A stretch of 64,000 bases of DNA, from assembly GCA_963702885.1 (NCBI GenBank), contig OY969766.1:3497389-3561388 (forward strand), in the 5' to 3' direction. Shown piece after piece: positions 9,832-20,298 of the stretch. Position numbers and translations under genes: made by a program. This DNA comes from an uncultured Alphaproteobacteria bacterium. GTDB lineage: Bacteria; Pseudomonadota; Alphaproteobacteria; Rhizobiales; Xanthobacteraceae. Under the pieces are notes generated by a model. The model was not told where the DNA came from, did no database searches, and saw nothing but the letters and a program-made list of their open reading frames with translations. Position 1 is the stretch's first letter. Each line of letters starts with the position of its first letter.

Positions 9832-11238
9832 ATGGCGCGTGGTGCCCCCTCTTTCGTCTGCCAGAATTGCGGCGCCGCCTACAACAAGTGGCAGGGCAAG
9901 TGCGAAGCCTGCGGCGAGTGGAACACGCTGTCGGAGGAAGACGTCTCCGGCGCGACCTCGATGCCTGCCAACCTGCGGCCCAAGCGCAAGGGCCGCGTCT
10001 TTCCGCTGGAGAGTCTGACCGGTGCGACGCAGGACGCGCCCCGCCTGCCCTCCGGCATGGGTGAACTCGACCGCGTCACCGGCGGCGGTTTCGTACGCGG
10101 CTCGGTGCTGCTGGTCGGCGGCGATCCCGGCATCGGCAAGTCGACCCTGCTAACGCAGGCCACCAGCATGCTGGCGCGCGCCGGCCATCGCGCCGTCTAT
10201 ATCTCCGGCGAAGAAGCCATCGCGCAGGTGCGGCTGCGCGCCGCTCGCCTCGGCCTCGCCGACGCCGCCGTGCAGCTTGCCGCCGAGACCTCGGTCGAGG
10301 ACATCATCGCCACGCTGTCGGAAGGCAAGCCGCCCCGCCTCGTGGTGATCGATTCGATTCAGACCATGTGGACCGACACTGTGGACTCCGCGCCCGGCAC
10401 CGTGACGCAGGTCCGCGCCTCGGCGCAGGCGCTCATTCGGTTCGCCAAGAAATCCGGCGCGGCGCTGATCCTGGTCGGCCACGTCACCAAGGACGGCCAG
10501 ATCGCCGGCCCACGCGTGGTCGAGCACATGGTCGACGCCGTGCTGTCCTTCGAGGGCGAAGGCTCGCAGCAGTTCCGTATCCTGCGCGCGGTGAAGAACC
10601 GCTTCGGCCCGACCGACGAAATCGGCGTGTTCGAAATGACCGGGCTCGGCCTGCGCGAAGTCTCCAACCCGTCCGAACTGTTCCTGTCCGAGCGCGATCT
10701 CGGCAGCCCCGGCACCGCGGTATTCGCCGGCATCGAAGGCACCCGGCCGGTGCTGGTGGAGTTGCAGGCACTGGTGGCCCCGACCTCGCTCGGCACCCCG
10801 CGCCGCGCCGTGGTGGGATGGGATTCAAGCCGCCTGTCGATGGTGCTGGCGGTATTGGAGGCCCATTGCGGGGTCAAGCTGTCGGGCTATGACGTCTATT
10901 TCAACGTCGCCGGGGGCCTGCGCATTCAGGAGCCGGCCGCCGACATGGCCGCCGCCGCCGCGCTGGTGTCGTCGCTGGCTAATGCACCGCTGCCGGTCGA
11001 TGCGGTCTATTTCGGCGAAATCTCACTGTCCGGCGCGGTACGCCCGGTGGCCCAGACCACCGCGCGGCTGAAGGAAGCCGCCAAGCTCGGTTTCGCGCGC
11101 GCCATGCTGCCGGAGACCGCGCGAGGCGAGCCCGGCGGCGATGCCGGCCTCAGTCTCACCAGCGTCGGCTCGCTGACCTCGCTGGTCGCCGAGATCGCGG
11201 CGCGCGGCAAAGCGCGCAAATCGCGCGAGGACGCCTGA
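9832..11238 (+). CDS. radA: DNA repair protein RadA
   Basis: N-terminal zinc ribbon CQNCGAAYNKWQGKCEACGEWNT, Walker A GDPGIGKST, KNRFG motif and a Lon-like C-terminus. Confidence 0.95.
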   Translation: MARGAPSFVCQNCGAAYNKWQGKCEACGEWNTLSEEDVSGATSMPANLRPKRKGRVFPLESLTGATQDAPRLPSGMGELDRVTGGGFVRGSVLLVGGDPGIGKSTLLTQATSMLARAGHRAVYISGEEAIAQVRLRAARLGLADAAVQLAAETSVEDIIATLSEGKPPRLVVIDSIQTMWTDTVDSAPGTVTQVRASAQALIRFAKKSGAALILVGHVTKDGQIAGPRVVEHMVDAVLSFEGEGSQQFRILRAVKNRFGPTDEIGVFEMTGLGLREVSNPSELFLSERDLGSPGTAVFAGIEGTRPVLVELQALVAPTSLGTPRRAVVGWDSSRLSMVLAVLEAHCGVKLSGYDVYFNVAGGLRIQEPAADMAAAAALVSSLANAPLPVDAVYFGEISLSGAVRPVAQTTARLKEAAKLGFARAMLPETARGEPGGDAGLSLTSVGSLTSLVAEIAARGKARKSREDA

Positions 11239-11457
11239 AATCACGGAAAATGCGCGCCCCAAAGCCACAGCGGACAAAAAATCCACGGGATTGTTCCGAT
11301 TCGGCCCTTGCAAGGGTCCCATGCGCGTGACGCTGCGAAAATCGAACGTTATACAACGCCGCGCGGGCCTTGCGGGCCTGGCGATATCGCCGTCACGTTA
11401 GTCAGGATGATGAAGCCCGATTCGGGTTCATCGTCACCACGCGGGCCGACCGGAAAG

Positions 11458-12105
11458 ATGCCGATTACGCTTCTCGATATGATCGTTCTGACCGTGATGC
11501 TGCTGTCCGGTCTGCTGGCGATGATCCGCGGCTTCATGCGCGAGATTCTGTCGATCGCGGCCTGGGGCGCGGCCGCGCTGACCACGCTGTACGCCTATCA
11601 AAAGCTGCTGCCGACCGCGAAAAGCTATTTCAACAACGACACGGTGGCGACCATCGCGGTGATCGCGGGCGTGTTCATCGTCACCCTGATCGTGGTTTCG
11701 ATCGTCACGGTGCGCATCTCCGACATGATCCTGGATTCCCGGATCGGCGCGCTCGACCGCACCCTCGGCTTCCTGTTCGGCCTCGCCCGCGGCCTCCTGA
11801 TCATGGTAGTGGCCTTCGTCTTTTTTGCCTGGCTGGTACCCGACAAGCAGCAGCCCGACTGGGTCCGCTCGGCGAAATCCCGCACGGTCCTGCAGGGAAC
11901 CGGCGACTGGCTGATGGGCCTCTTGCCGGATGACCCTGAAAACACCATCTTGAAGAGGTTCAAGAAATCCAAGCCGGACGAGGAGCAGACCGATTCTGCT
12001 CCCGACAATCGTTCCGTGGACACTCCGGCAAACGATGGCGGCTATGCAAAATCGACCCGAGACGGCCTCAAATCGCTGATTGATGGCAAGGCGGCAGGGC
12101 GTTAA
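11458..12105 (+). CDS. cvpA: CvpA family (colicin V production) membrane protein
   Basis: ATG at 11458 gives MPITLLDMIVLTVMLLSGLLAMIRGFMREILS, a typical CvpA N-terminus. It lies directly upstream of purF as in E. coli cvpA-purF. An earlier start at 11407 is possible. Confidence 0.85.
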   Translation: MPITLLDMIVLTVMLLSGLLAMIRGFMREILSIAAWGAAALTTLYAYQKLLPTAKSYFNNDTVATIAVIAGVFIVTLIVVSIVTVRISDMILDSRIGALDRTLGFLFGLARGLLIMVVAFVFFAWLVPDKQQPDWVRSAKSRTVLQGTGDWLMGLLPDDPENTILKRFKKSKPDEEQTDSAPDNRSVDTPANDGGYAKSTRDGLKSLIDGKAAGR

Positions 12106-12161
12106 CTGGGACGTTAACTGTAGCGGCATGACACCGGAATCCCGACGGGGTTTTCGGATAC

Positions 12162-13718
12162 ATGATGCACTTGATCCGGCGGAGAAGCGTGGTGGATGAT
12201 ATGAATAGCCAATCCAATGGCAGCGCCCAACGGCCCATCCATTCCACCTCCCACGACCTCGACCTTTACGATCTCGACCTCGATGGCGACACGCTGCGTG
12301 AAGAATGCGGCGTATTCGGCATTTTCGGCCATCCCGACGCCGCGGCGATCACCGCGCTCGGCCTTCACGCCCTGCAGCATCGCGGCCAGGAAGCCGCCGG
12401 CATCGTCTCCTTCGACGGCCAGCGATTCCATTCCGAACGCCGCCTCGGCCTCGTCGGCGACACCTTCTCCCGCGGCGACGTGATCGCCCGCCTGCCCGGC
12501 AACTCCGCCGTCGGCCATGTCCGCTATTCCACCACCGGCGGCACCATCCTGCGCAACGTGCAGCCGCTGTTCGCCGAACTCAATGCCGGTGGTTTCGCCG
12601 TCGCCCATAACGGCAACCTCACCAATGGCCTCACCCTGCGCCGCGACCTGATCCGTCAGGGCGCGATGATGCAGTCCACCACCGACACCGAGGTCATTCT
12701 CCACCTCGTCGCCCATTCCAAGCGCGGCCGCTTCATCGAGCGTTATATCGAGGCGCTGCGCGCCATCGAGGGCGCCTACGCGCTGGTGGCACTGACCAAC
12801 AAGAAGCTGATCGGCGCGCGCGATCCGCTCGGCATCCGCCCGCTGGTGCTCGGCGAACTCGACGGCTGTCCGATCCTCGCTTCGGAAACCTGCGCGCTCG
12901 ACATCATCGGCGCGAAATACATCCGCGACATCGAACCCGGTGAGATCATCGTGTTCGACAAGAAGGGCACCGAGATCCATAAACCCTTCCCGCCGCAACC
13001 GCCGCGCCCCTGCATCTTCGAGTACATCTATTTTGCCCGCCCGGATTCCATCGTCGGCGGGCGTTCCGTTTATGAAGTCCGCAAAGGCTTCGGCGCGCAA
13101 CTCGCGCGCGAGAGCCATGTCGATGTCGATGTGGTGGTGCCGGTGCCGGATTCCGGCGTGCCCGCTGCGGTCGGCTACAGCCAGGTCTCGGGCGTGCCGT
13201 TCGAACTCGGCATCATCCGCAACCATTATGTCGGCCGCACCTTCATTCAGCCGACCCAGAGCATCCGCGAACTCGGCGTGCGGATGAAGCACTCGGCCAA
13301 CCGCGCCGCGATCGAAGGCAAGCGCATCATCCTGATCGACGACTCGCTGGTGCGCGGCACCACCTCGCGCAAGATCGTGCGCATGATGCGCGACGCCGGC
13401 GCGCGCGAAGTGCATTTCCGCCTCGCCTCGCCGCCGATCGTCCATCCCGATTATTACGGCATCGACCTGCCGGACCGCGCCGGCCTGCTGGCGGCGACCC
13501 ACACCATCGAGGAGATGCGCGACATCATCGGCGCCGACTCGCTGGCGTTCCTGTCGATCGACGGCATGTACCGCGCGGTCGGCGAGCCGGGCCGCGATCC
13601 GGCCAATCCGAAGTTCTCCGACCACTGCTTCACCGGCGCCTACCCGACGCTGCTGACCGATCACAGCGAGACTGAGACACCGCCGCGGCAATTGTCGCTA
13701 CTCGCCGAAGCAAGCTGA
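12162..13718 (+). CDS. purF: amidophosphoribosyltransferase
   Basis: Contains the Ntn cysteine context ECGVFGIFGH, the PRPP loop RIILIDDSLVRGTTS and a C-terminal Fe-S cysteine context. The start is uncertain (12162, 12165 or 12201). Confidence 0.93.
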   Translation: MMHLIRRRSVVDDMNSQSNGSAQRPIHSTSHDLDLYDLDLDGDTLREECGVFGIFGHPDAAAITALGLHALQHRGQEAAGIVSFDGQRFHSERRLGLVGDTFSRGDVIARLPGNSAVGHVRYSTTGGTILRNVQPLFAELNAGGFAVAHNGNLTNGLTLRRDLIRQGAMMQSTTDTEVILHLVAHSKRGRFIERYIEALRAIEGAYALVALTNKKLIGARDPLGIRPLVLGELDGCPILASETCALDIIGAKYIRDIEPGEIIVFDKKGTEIHKPFPPQPPRPCIFEYIYFARPDSIVGGRSVYEVRKGFGAQLARESHVDVDVVVPVPDSGVPAAVGYSQVSGVPFELGIIRNHYVGRTFIQPTQSIRELGVRMKHSANRAAIEGKRIILIDDSLVRGTTSRKIVRMMRDAGAREVHFRLASPPIVHPDYYGIDLPDRAGLLAATHTIEEMRDIIGADSLAFLSIDGMYRAVGEPGRDPANPKFSDHCFTGAYPTLLTDHSETETPPRQLSLLAEAS

Positions 13719-13743
13719 GAATCTAAGCCAGACGCAAAGTGGG

Positions 13744-14133
13744 CTATTGCGGCTGTATACCCTCGACAGCAAAGATGCGCAGCTTCGCATATTTGTCGCC
13801 GACCTTTCGCGCTTCCACATAATCGGGCGATGTGTACGCGGCCCGCGCCTTATCCAGGCTGTCAAAGACGGACACAACAACGCGCGATTTCGGCGGCTCC
13901 CCGGACAACATGATTGTCTTGCCGCCCGCCGCGAGCATTTTCTGACCGCTCTCACGAAGCGCCTTCCGGGCTAGCGGAAGATACTCCTTGCTGTAAGCAT
14001 CCGGATTCGTCACATCAATTTCCGAGATGACGTAAGCTGGCGGAGTGGCCTGAGCACGAAGTGCTTCAACCGCGACGACACCAAGTCCAAATCCAGCGAG
14101 CAGCGTCACTCCTATTTGGGTGTGAGTTTGCAT
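13744..14133 (-). CDS. DUF1330 domain protein with a signal peptide
   Basis: ATG at 14131-14133 with GGAGGG 7 nt upstream. YVISEIDVTNPDAYSKEY...VVVSVFDSLDKARAAYTSPDY matches the DUF1330 pattern as I remember it. Confidence 0.75.
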   Translation of the reverse strand: MQTHTQIGVTLLAGFGLGVVAVEALRAQATPPAYVISEIDVTNPDAYSKEYLPLARKALRESGQKMLAAGGKTIMLSGEPPKSRVVVSVFDSLDKARAAYTSPDYVEARKVGDKYAKLRIFAVEGIQPQ

Positions 14134-14221
14134 GGGCAACCCTCCGATTTCTCCGTGAATGGATGTTACCAGAATGATTGGGCAGGCTGGATTCAGTCAT
14201 CCAGCTTATGAGCACACATCG

Positions 14222-14737
14222 CTAGTCCAGAACTCGCACCATGAACCGCGCATCATCGCTGTAGCTGCGCAGTTTCTCCGCAAGAGCCGGAATGTCCAAC
14301 GTCTCAAACCCCTGCCGTCGCCAGAACCGCTCCGAGCCGTTGACCGCCACCAGCGACAGCGACGGCAGCCGCTCCACGCGCGCCTGTTCGACCAGCGCCG
14401 CCACCACCTGCGCCGCCGCGCCTGATCCTCGCGCACCTGGCAGCAGCGCGATGTCGTGGATGTAGTAGGTCGACGGCGCGGCAGGCAGTTTGCCGAGCAG
14501 TTCGTTCAGCGCGGGCGGCCTGCGATCACGCCACGGGTGGCTGACGATATAGGCCACGATTTTCTCATGCCGCTCGAAAACCCGGCAGCCCTGCGGATAA
14601 AGCCGCAGGCGCTCGACAAACACCGCATCCTCCTCCGGATAGTCGGGGTGGATCACCTCTGCCAGTCTACTGACGGCGGGCAGATCCGCAGGCTGCATCA
14701 GGCGCCACGAAGCGGGTTTCGAGGTCATGGTGACCAT
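14222..14737 (-). CDS. GNAT family N-acetyltransferase
   Basis: 171 aa. IHDIALLPGARGSGAAAQVV...RFWRRQGF is an acetyl-CoA binding motif A-like segment. Confidence 0.8.
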   Translation of the reverse strand: MVTMTSKPASWRLMQPADLPAVSRLAEVIHPDYPEEDAVFVERLRLYPQGCRVFERHEKIVAYIVSHPWRDRRPPALNELLGKLPAAPSTYYIHDIALLPGARGSGAAAQVVAALVEQARVERLPSLSLVAVNGSERFWRRQGFETLDIPALAEKLRSYSDDARFMVRVLD

Positions 14738-14889
14738 CTATCACAACGCCTGTATTGGCCTCCAGCGCCCCGCCTCTCCGCGTCATGGCCGGGCTTGTCC
14801 CAGCCACCCACGTCTGTAAAACCATCCGCAGCAAAACATGAATGTCCGGCCTGAAGGCCGAACTGACGATCTTGAAGACAGGCGCCTGC

Positions 14890-15633
14890 ATGACCAATCC
14901 TCTCGCCTCCCGCATCGCCCTCGTCACCGGTGCCTCGCGCGGCATCGGTTACGCTACTGCCCGTGCGCTCGCCCGCCGCGGCGCGCATGTGATCGCTGTG
15001 GCCCGCACCCAGGGCGGACTTGAGGAACTGGATGATGCCATTCGCGGCGACGGCGGCAGCGCCACGCTAGTGCCGCTCGACATCACCGATTTCGACGGCG
15101 TCGCGCGCCTTGGCGCGGCGCTGCACGAGCGCCACGGCAAGCTCGACATTCTGGTCGGTAATGCCGGTGTCGCAGGTCCGTCCTCGCCGCTCGGCCATAT
15201 CGAACTGAAGCCGTGGAACGACGTGATGGCGATCAACGCCACCGCCAACTTCCAGCTCATCCGCTGCATGGAGCCGCTGCTGCAAAAATCAGACGCTGGC
15301 CGCGCGGTGTTCATCACCTCCGGCACCGCGAGCAAGGCCAGCGCCTATCGCGGCCCCTATGCAGCCTCCAAGGCGGCGCTGGAAGCACTGGTGCGGGTCT
15401 GGGCCCACGAGACCGCAAGCACTGCGCTGCGCGTCAACCTCTTCAACCCCGGTCCGATCCGTACACGAATGCGCGCAGCCGTGATGCCAGGTGAAGATCC
15501 GATGACGCTGGAGACGCCGGAACAAGTGGCCGAATACATCGTGCCGCTATGCGACCCGCAGTGGACCGAGACCGGCAAGCTCTATGACTATCGCAGCAAG
15601 AGCGTGATGGATTTCCGCGCGCCATCTGCGTGA
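14890..15633 (+). CDS. SDR family oxidoreductase
   Basis: ATG at 14890. Contains LVTGASRGIG, NAG and YxxxK (YAASKAA) motifs. Confidence 0.85.
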   Translation: MTNPLASRIALVTGASRGIGYATARALARRGAHVIAVARTQGGLEELDDAIRGDGGSATLVPLDITDFDGVARLGAALHERHGKLDILVGNAGVAGPSSPLGHIELKPWNDVMAINATANFQLIRCMEPLLQKSDAGRAVFITSGTASKASAYRGPYAASKAALEALVRVWAHETASTALRVNLFNPGPIRTRMRAAVMPGEDPMTLETPEQVAEYIVPLCDPQWTETGKLYDYRSKSVMDFRAPSA

Positions 15634-15678
15634 CGCACGCCGCCGCGTCACATTCGACAAGCAACAGACAAATGAAAA

Positions 15679-15702
15679 GCCGCCAGTCTTGCAACTGGCG
15701 GC
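15679..15702 (-). terminator. hairpin terminator candidate between the convergent SDR gene and der
   Basis: GCCGCCAGT-cttgca-ACTGGCGGC, a 9-bp stem. On the minus strand it is followed by TTTT. It lies about 160 nt downstream of the der stop. Confidence 0.45.
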
Positions 15703-15860
15703 TGGCCCCAGCCCGTGAACAGGAGCCGCCGTTCAAAAACTGGAGTAAATGAACGGCGTGCAATTATTGCCAAGGGCGCTGCTGACATCACAGGGCATAA
15801 AAGGTCGCACCCCTGCGCGCAGCGACTTTAACGCAAGAAACAAACGCAAAAGCGGATGTT

Positions 15861-17258
15861 TTACGACTTTCGTTTCGCCTTATGCGCGAACGGATTGGCC
15901 TTTTCCCGCAACGTGATGCGCAGCGGCGTGCCAGGTAGATCAAAAGTGCTGCGCAAACTATTGGTCAGATAGCGCAGATAGGATGTCGGCACCGCATCGG
16001 TGCGCGAGCAGAACAGCACGAAGCTTGGCGGCCGCGCCTTGGTCTGAGTAATGTAGTTCATCTTCAGCCGGCGTCCCGACACTGCAGGCGGCGGATTGTT
16101 GGCGACAGCTTGTTCAAACCAGCGGTTCATCTGGCTGGTGGAGATACGGCGATTCCACGTGGTGTAAGCCTGTTCGATCGCAGCCATCAGGCGATCGATG
16201 CCCTCGCCCATCATGCCGGACACCGCAACCACCGGCGCGCCCTTCACCTGGGGCAGCAGATGATCGGCCTCCTCGCGCAAACGCGCGATCTGATTCGGCG
16301 CACGCTCCATCAGATCCCATTTGTTGACCGCGAGGACGATGGCGCGGCCTTCGCGCTCGACCAGATCGGCGAGGCGCAGGTCCTGTTCCTCGAACTTGTG
16401 CTGCGCGTCCATCATCAGCACCACGACCTCGGCAAACCGTACCGCCCGCAACGCATCCGAGACCGACAGCTTCTCCAGCTTGTCCTCGATGCGCGAGCGC
16501 CGCCGCAGGCCAGCGGTGTCGAACACCCGGAACGGGCGTCCCTTCCATTCGACATCGACAGCGATGGCATCGCGCGTGGTGCCGGCCTCGGGGCTTGTCA
16601 GCAGCCGCTCCTCACCGAGCAGGCGGTTGATCAGCGTCGACTTGCCGGCGTTGGGGCGCCCGAGCACTGCGACACGAATGGCGCGCGTGGGCTGCCCCTC
16701 ATTGTCGCCGTCCGCCCCATCGAAAGCCGGAGCGTCCACGTCGTCCAGCTCTTCATCGACAGGCTCCGGCATCAACCTGGCGAGCGCATCGTAGAGATCG
16801 CCCATGCCCTCGCCATGCTCGGCCGAGATCGCGACCGGCTCGCCAAGGCCAAGCGCATAGGACTCCAGCGCGCCCGCCTCGCCCGCCTTGCCCTCGCTCT
16901 TGTTGGCGATCAGCACGACCGGCTTGTTGGCGCGGCGCGCGAAATCGGCAAACGCGCGGTCGCTCGGCGTCAGCCCGGCGCGGGCGTCGAACACGAACAT
17001 CAGCGCATCCGCATCCGCGATCGCTGTCTCGGTCTGCTCCTGCATCCGCGCTGTGAGCGAGCCGCGCGGCCCCCGATCGAGGCCGGCTGTGTCGATGATG
17101 GTGAAATCGAGATCGCCGAGCCGCCCGCGTCCCTCGCGGCGATCGCGGGTCACCCCGGGCTGGTCGTCGACCAGCGCGAGCTTTTGCCCGACAAGGCGGT
17201 TGAACAGCGTCGATTTGCCGACGTTGGGACGGCCGATAATGGCGAGGGTAAAAGACAT
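15861..17258 (-). CDS. der: ribosome biogenesis GTPase Der (EngA)
   Basis: Two tandem GTPase domains (GRPNVGKST and GRPNAGKST) plus a KH-like C-terminus. Confidence 0.95.
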   Translation of the reverse strand: MSFTLAIIGRPNVGKSTLFNRLVGQKLALVDDQPGVTRDRREGRGRLGDLDFTIIDTAGLDRGPRGSLTARMQEQTETAIADADALMFVFDARAGLTPSDRAFADFARRANKPVVLIANKSEGKAGEAGALESYALGLGEPVAISAEHGEGMGDLYDALARLMPEPVDEELDDVDAPAFDGADGDNEGQPTRAIRVAVLGRPNAGKSTLINRLLGEERLLTSPEAGTTRDAIAVDVEWKGRPFRVFDTAGLRRRSRIEDKLEKLSVSDALRAVRFAEVVVLMMDAQHKFEEQDLRLADLVEREGRAIVLAVNKWDLMERAPNQIARLREEADHLLPQVKGAPVVAVSGMMGEGIDRLMAAIEQAYTTWNRRISTSQMNRWFEQAVANNPPPAVSGRRLKMNYITQTKARPPSFVLFCSRTDAVPTSYLRYLTNSLRSTFDLPGTPLRITLREKANPFAHKAKRKS

Positions 17259-17348
17259 GACCGACCCGTTCGCCCGTTACGGGCCATCTGTCAACACCGT
17301 GGCCGGCGAAAAGAACGCGACATGTCCCCTGGCGCGCCGCGCGTGTGA

Positions 17349-17864
17349 TCAGCGCGAGAAGCTACCGCTGGGGAGCGGCGCCGGGAAGGCCGGAGGCGAT
17401 TGCTGCTGCTGCATCGGCGGTGGGGCCTGCTGGGTCTGGGGCGCAGGGGCCGGGGCCGGCTCCTCGCGCGGGATCGCGGTGGGGCTGACATGCTTTTTGC
17501 GCTTGGCAGGCTTGGGAGCGGGCTGCGTAGCGGGTGCAGCATCCTCGGCAGCAGGCGCAGAGGCCGCGCGCGCCGGGGCTCTGCCCCCCTGCTTAGCCTT
17601 GGGCTCCGGCGCAGGCTCGGCTGCGGGCGGTGTCTCGGGCTGCGCCGCTGCACCGCGATAAAGTTCTTTCGGCACGCCCTGCTCCACGCCGGGCACGCCT
17701 TCCGGGAACACGTCCTTGCGCTCGCCGGGCAGCTTCTTTTTGGTATCGAGGAAGTCGAGCATGTCCATCGGATCGAAGCTCGACACGCCGCCGCCGCAGC
17801 CAGCCAGCACACAGCTCAGCGAGACCAGCACCGTGGCGGCAATCAGCCGTTGCGATAAGCGCAT
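17349..17864 (-). CDS. small lipoprotein with a Pro/Ala-rich C-terminal half
   Basis: ATG at 17862-17864 gives MRLSQRLIAATVLVSLSCVLAGC (lipobox LAGC). The C-terminal ~110 aa are low complexity. It sits between the YfgM-like gene and der. Confidence 0.7.
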   Translation of the reverse strand: MRLSQRLIAATVLVSLSCVLAGCGGGVSSFDPMDMLDFLDTKKKLPGERKDVFPEGVPGVEQGVPKELYRGAAAQPETPPAAEPAPEPKAKQGGRAPARAASAPAAEDAAPATQPAPKPAKRKKHVSPTAIPREEPAPAPAPQTQQAPPPMQQQQSPPAFPAPLPSGSFSR

Positions 17865-17900
17865 CGTTTTTCCGTTCGACATCAACCTGAACTCTGGCAA

Positions 17901-18554
17901 CTAGCTCTTTGCCGCCGGCGGCAGCAGCGCCTGCAACGCTTCGGCGCGGGCACGCAGGCCCGACGGCGAGGATGCATCACTCGCGATCTGATCGAGCCAC
18001 TGCCGCGCCGCAGCCATATCGTTGGAGCGGAAGGCGGACAGCGACAGCAACTCACGAGCGGTGTGGCGGAAGGTACGGCCGTTCACGGCAAGCGGCTCAA
18101 GCCGCTGGCGCAGTTCGGCGTAAGGCATGGTGTCGATCAGCAGTCCGGCAGCGCGGATATGCGCGATGTCGCGCTCGGCAGCGTCCAGACTGGTGTCGGC
18201 GGCGATGCCGTCATAGAGCTTCACGGCAGCCTGCGGGTCGCGCTTGCCAGCCTCCGCGGCGGCGCGCAACCGCGCCAGCGCGCGATAGCCCCTGGTGCCA
18301 TCAGCGACGATCTTGTTGAAGGCCGCTTCAGCCTCCGCCGACTTGTTCTCATCCGACAAGGCAACGGCAGCCTGAAAAGCATTGCCGAACTTCGCCGCCT
18401 TCTCGGCCTCGAAATACTGATAGCCGCGCCAGCCGCCAACTCCGGCGACGATCAGAACGGCCCCGGCGATGATCAACGCCGAATAACGCTCCCAGATTCT
18501 CTTGATCTGCTCGCGGCGGAGTTCTTCATCAACTTCATCAAATAATTCAGACAC
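17901..18554 (-). CDS. YfgM-like membrane-anchored tetratricopeptide-repeat protein
   Basis: GTG start at 18552-18554. It has an acidic N-terminus, one TM helix (ALIIAGAVLIVAGVGGW) and an Ala-rich TPR-like body, and lies upstream of der. Confidence 0.7.
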   Translation of the reverse strand: MSELFDEVDEELRREQIKRIWERYSALIIAGAVLIVAGVGGWRGYQYFEAEKAAKFGNAFQAAVALSDENKSAEAEAAFNKIVADGTRGYRALARLRAAAEAGKRDPQAAVKLYDGIAADTSLDAAERDIAHIRAAGLLIDTMPYAELRQRLEPLAVNGRTFRHTARELLSLSAFRSNDMAAARQWLDQIASDASSPSGLRARAEALQALLPPAAKS

Positions 18555-18702
18555 TTAAGATATCCCGCCAGAATCCGGATTAAACCGCCCAAACGCGTCT
18601 TGCGCGCAGAATCCCCATGGTGACGGCGGCGATACACTACCGGTATGGCCGCGACAAGGCAAAGCCAGTCGGATCAAAGCGTTAACCGGGCAAAGCCCCA
18701 CT

Positions 18703-19557
18703 CTAGCCACCGGTTTTCGACTTCACCGCATAGACATGTTCCGGCCCCGGGAACGCACGGGAACGCACCTCGCGGGCGTAATCCTCGATCGCGGTCTCGA
18801 TCCCCGGCCCCAGATTGCCGTAACGCTTGACGAATTTCGGCACCCACGGCGAGAGCCCAAGCATGTCCTCCAGCACCAGCACCTGCCCGTCACAGGCGAC
18901 GCTGGCGCCGATGCCGATAGTCGGGATCGGGATGATTTCGGTGATGCGGCGGGCGAGCGGCTCGGCGACGGCCTCCACCACGACCGAGAAGGCCCCGGCT
19001 TGCGCCACGGCGCGGGCATCGTCCTGGATCGGGCCACTGACATTCTCACCAGCACCGAGCCTGGCCGCCTCTTCCTTACCCTGCGACTTGAAGCCGCCGA
19101 GCGTGTTCACCGACTGCGGCGTCAGCCCGATATGGGCCATCACCGGAATGCCGCGCGTCGCCAGAAACTCGATGGTCTCGGCCATGCGCACGCCGCCCTC
19201 GAGTTTCACCGCGCCGGCATGGGTCTCCTTCAGGACGCGCGCTGCCGAATGAAACGCCTGCTCCTTCGAGGCTTCGTAGGAGCCGAACGGCATGTCCACG
19301 ACCACCAGCGCCTGTTTGGAGCCGCGCATCACCGCGCGGCCCTGCAGGATCATCATCTCGAGCGTCACTGGCAGCGTAGTCTCGAAGCCGTGCATCACGT
19401 TGCCGAGCGAGTCGCCGACCAGGATGATGTCGCAATACTTGTCGACCAGCGCGGCGGTGTGCGCGTGGTACGAGGTCAGCATCACGATCGGCTCGCCTCC
19501 CTTGCGCGCGAGGATTTCCGGCGCGGTCTTGCGCTTGGCGGCGGACTGTACGGACAT
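18703..19557 (-). CDS. panB: 3-methyl-2-oxobutanoate hydroxymethyltransferase
   Basis: [33 protein letters not shown] and VKLEGG motifs. Confidence 0.95.
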   Translation of the reverse strand: MSVQSAAKRKTAPEILARKGGEPIVMLTSYHAHTAALVDKYCDIILVGDSLGNVMHGFETTLPVTLEMMILQGRAVMRGSKQALVVVDMPFGSYEASKEQAFHSAARVLKETHAGAVKLEGGVRMAETIEFLATRGIPVMAHIGLTPQSVNTLGGFKSQGKEEAARLGAGENVSGPIQDDARAVAQAGAFSVVVEAVAEPLARRITEIIPIPTIGIGASVACDGQVLVLEDMLGLSPWVPKFVKRYGNLGPGIETAIEDYAREVRSRAFPGPEHVYAVKSKTGG

Positions 19558-19560
19558 GAT

Positions 19561-20163
19561 TCAAACTCCAACGACAGGAACGCCGATCACCAGCGGGTGG
19601 AAGGCGAAGGCGAGCGCGAGATAGGCCACGATGCCGATCACCACCGCGATCACATCGTTGCTGACACCGCCGACCGGAATGGGCGGCCCACCGGCGTCAG
19701 TGCGGTGCTTGAGGGAAATGCGGTCATAGACCGCCCAGGCCAGCACCGACCCGAACAGGATGATCGAGCCAAGATCGCCATTGGCGAGCAGATGCGCGAA
19801 TGCCCACAGCTTCACGCCGGCCAGCATCGGGTGTTTCAGCTTTTCGTAGATACGGCCGCGCACATAAGCGGCGATCACCAGGATGACCGCCGGCAACATC
19901 AGCGCCAGCGTCAGGTGCCGCATCGCCTTGGGCGGGTACCAGATGTCGATCCATTCGGTGGCGCGATAGAGGCTGAACCCCTTGACGATCAGCGCGATAC
20001 CGATGATGGCGACGCCGGCGTAAAACGCCTTGTATGGCCCCTCGCCGAGCCGCGCGATCAGGCGCGCCCGCGTCTCGCGCCGCGTCGTCAGAACATGGCC
20101 GCCGAGAAACAGCACCAAACCGAGAATGACCAGAACAAATCCCATCGACCAGACCCGTTGCAT
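19561..20163 (-). CDS. NnrU family membrane protein
   Basis: 200 aa and polytopic, with the NnrU-like motifs HPMLAGVKLWAFAHLLANGD. It ends 4 nt upstream of panB. Confidence 0.8.
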   Translation of the reverse strand: MQRVWSMGFVLVILGLVLFLGGHVLTTRRETRARLIARLGEGPYKAFYAGVAIIGIALIVKGFSLYRATEWIDIWYPPKAMRHLTLALMLPAVILVIAAYVRGRIYEKLKHPMLAGVKLWAFAHLLANGDLGSIILFGSVLAWAVYDRISLKHRTDAGGPPIPVGGVSNDVIAVVIGIVAYLALAFAFHPLVIGVPVVGV

Positions 20164-20298
20164 ATCGTCGGGCGGCCAGGCTGGCCGCTTACGCCCTGTC
20201 GGGTACCATTTTTATGATGCAGCGCGCAATGTCGGCAATGACACCCTTCCCACGCCGGGCGCATGGGGATGGGCTCCACCCAGCACGCTCAGTGCACC

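Noticed and set aside
12100-12120. Direct repeat CGTTAACTG-N3-CGTTAACTG between cvpA and purF, giving TTAA...TTAA reminiscent of a CtrA box.
   Set aside because: The TTAA spacing is N8, not the N7 of the CtrA consensus. The first copy overlaps the cvpA stop codon, and a 9-nt repeat is too short to interpret without conservation data.
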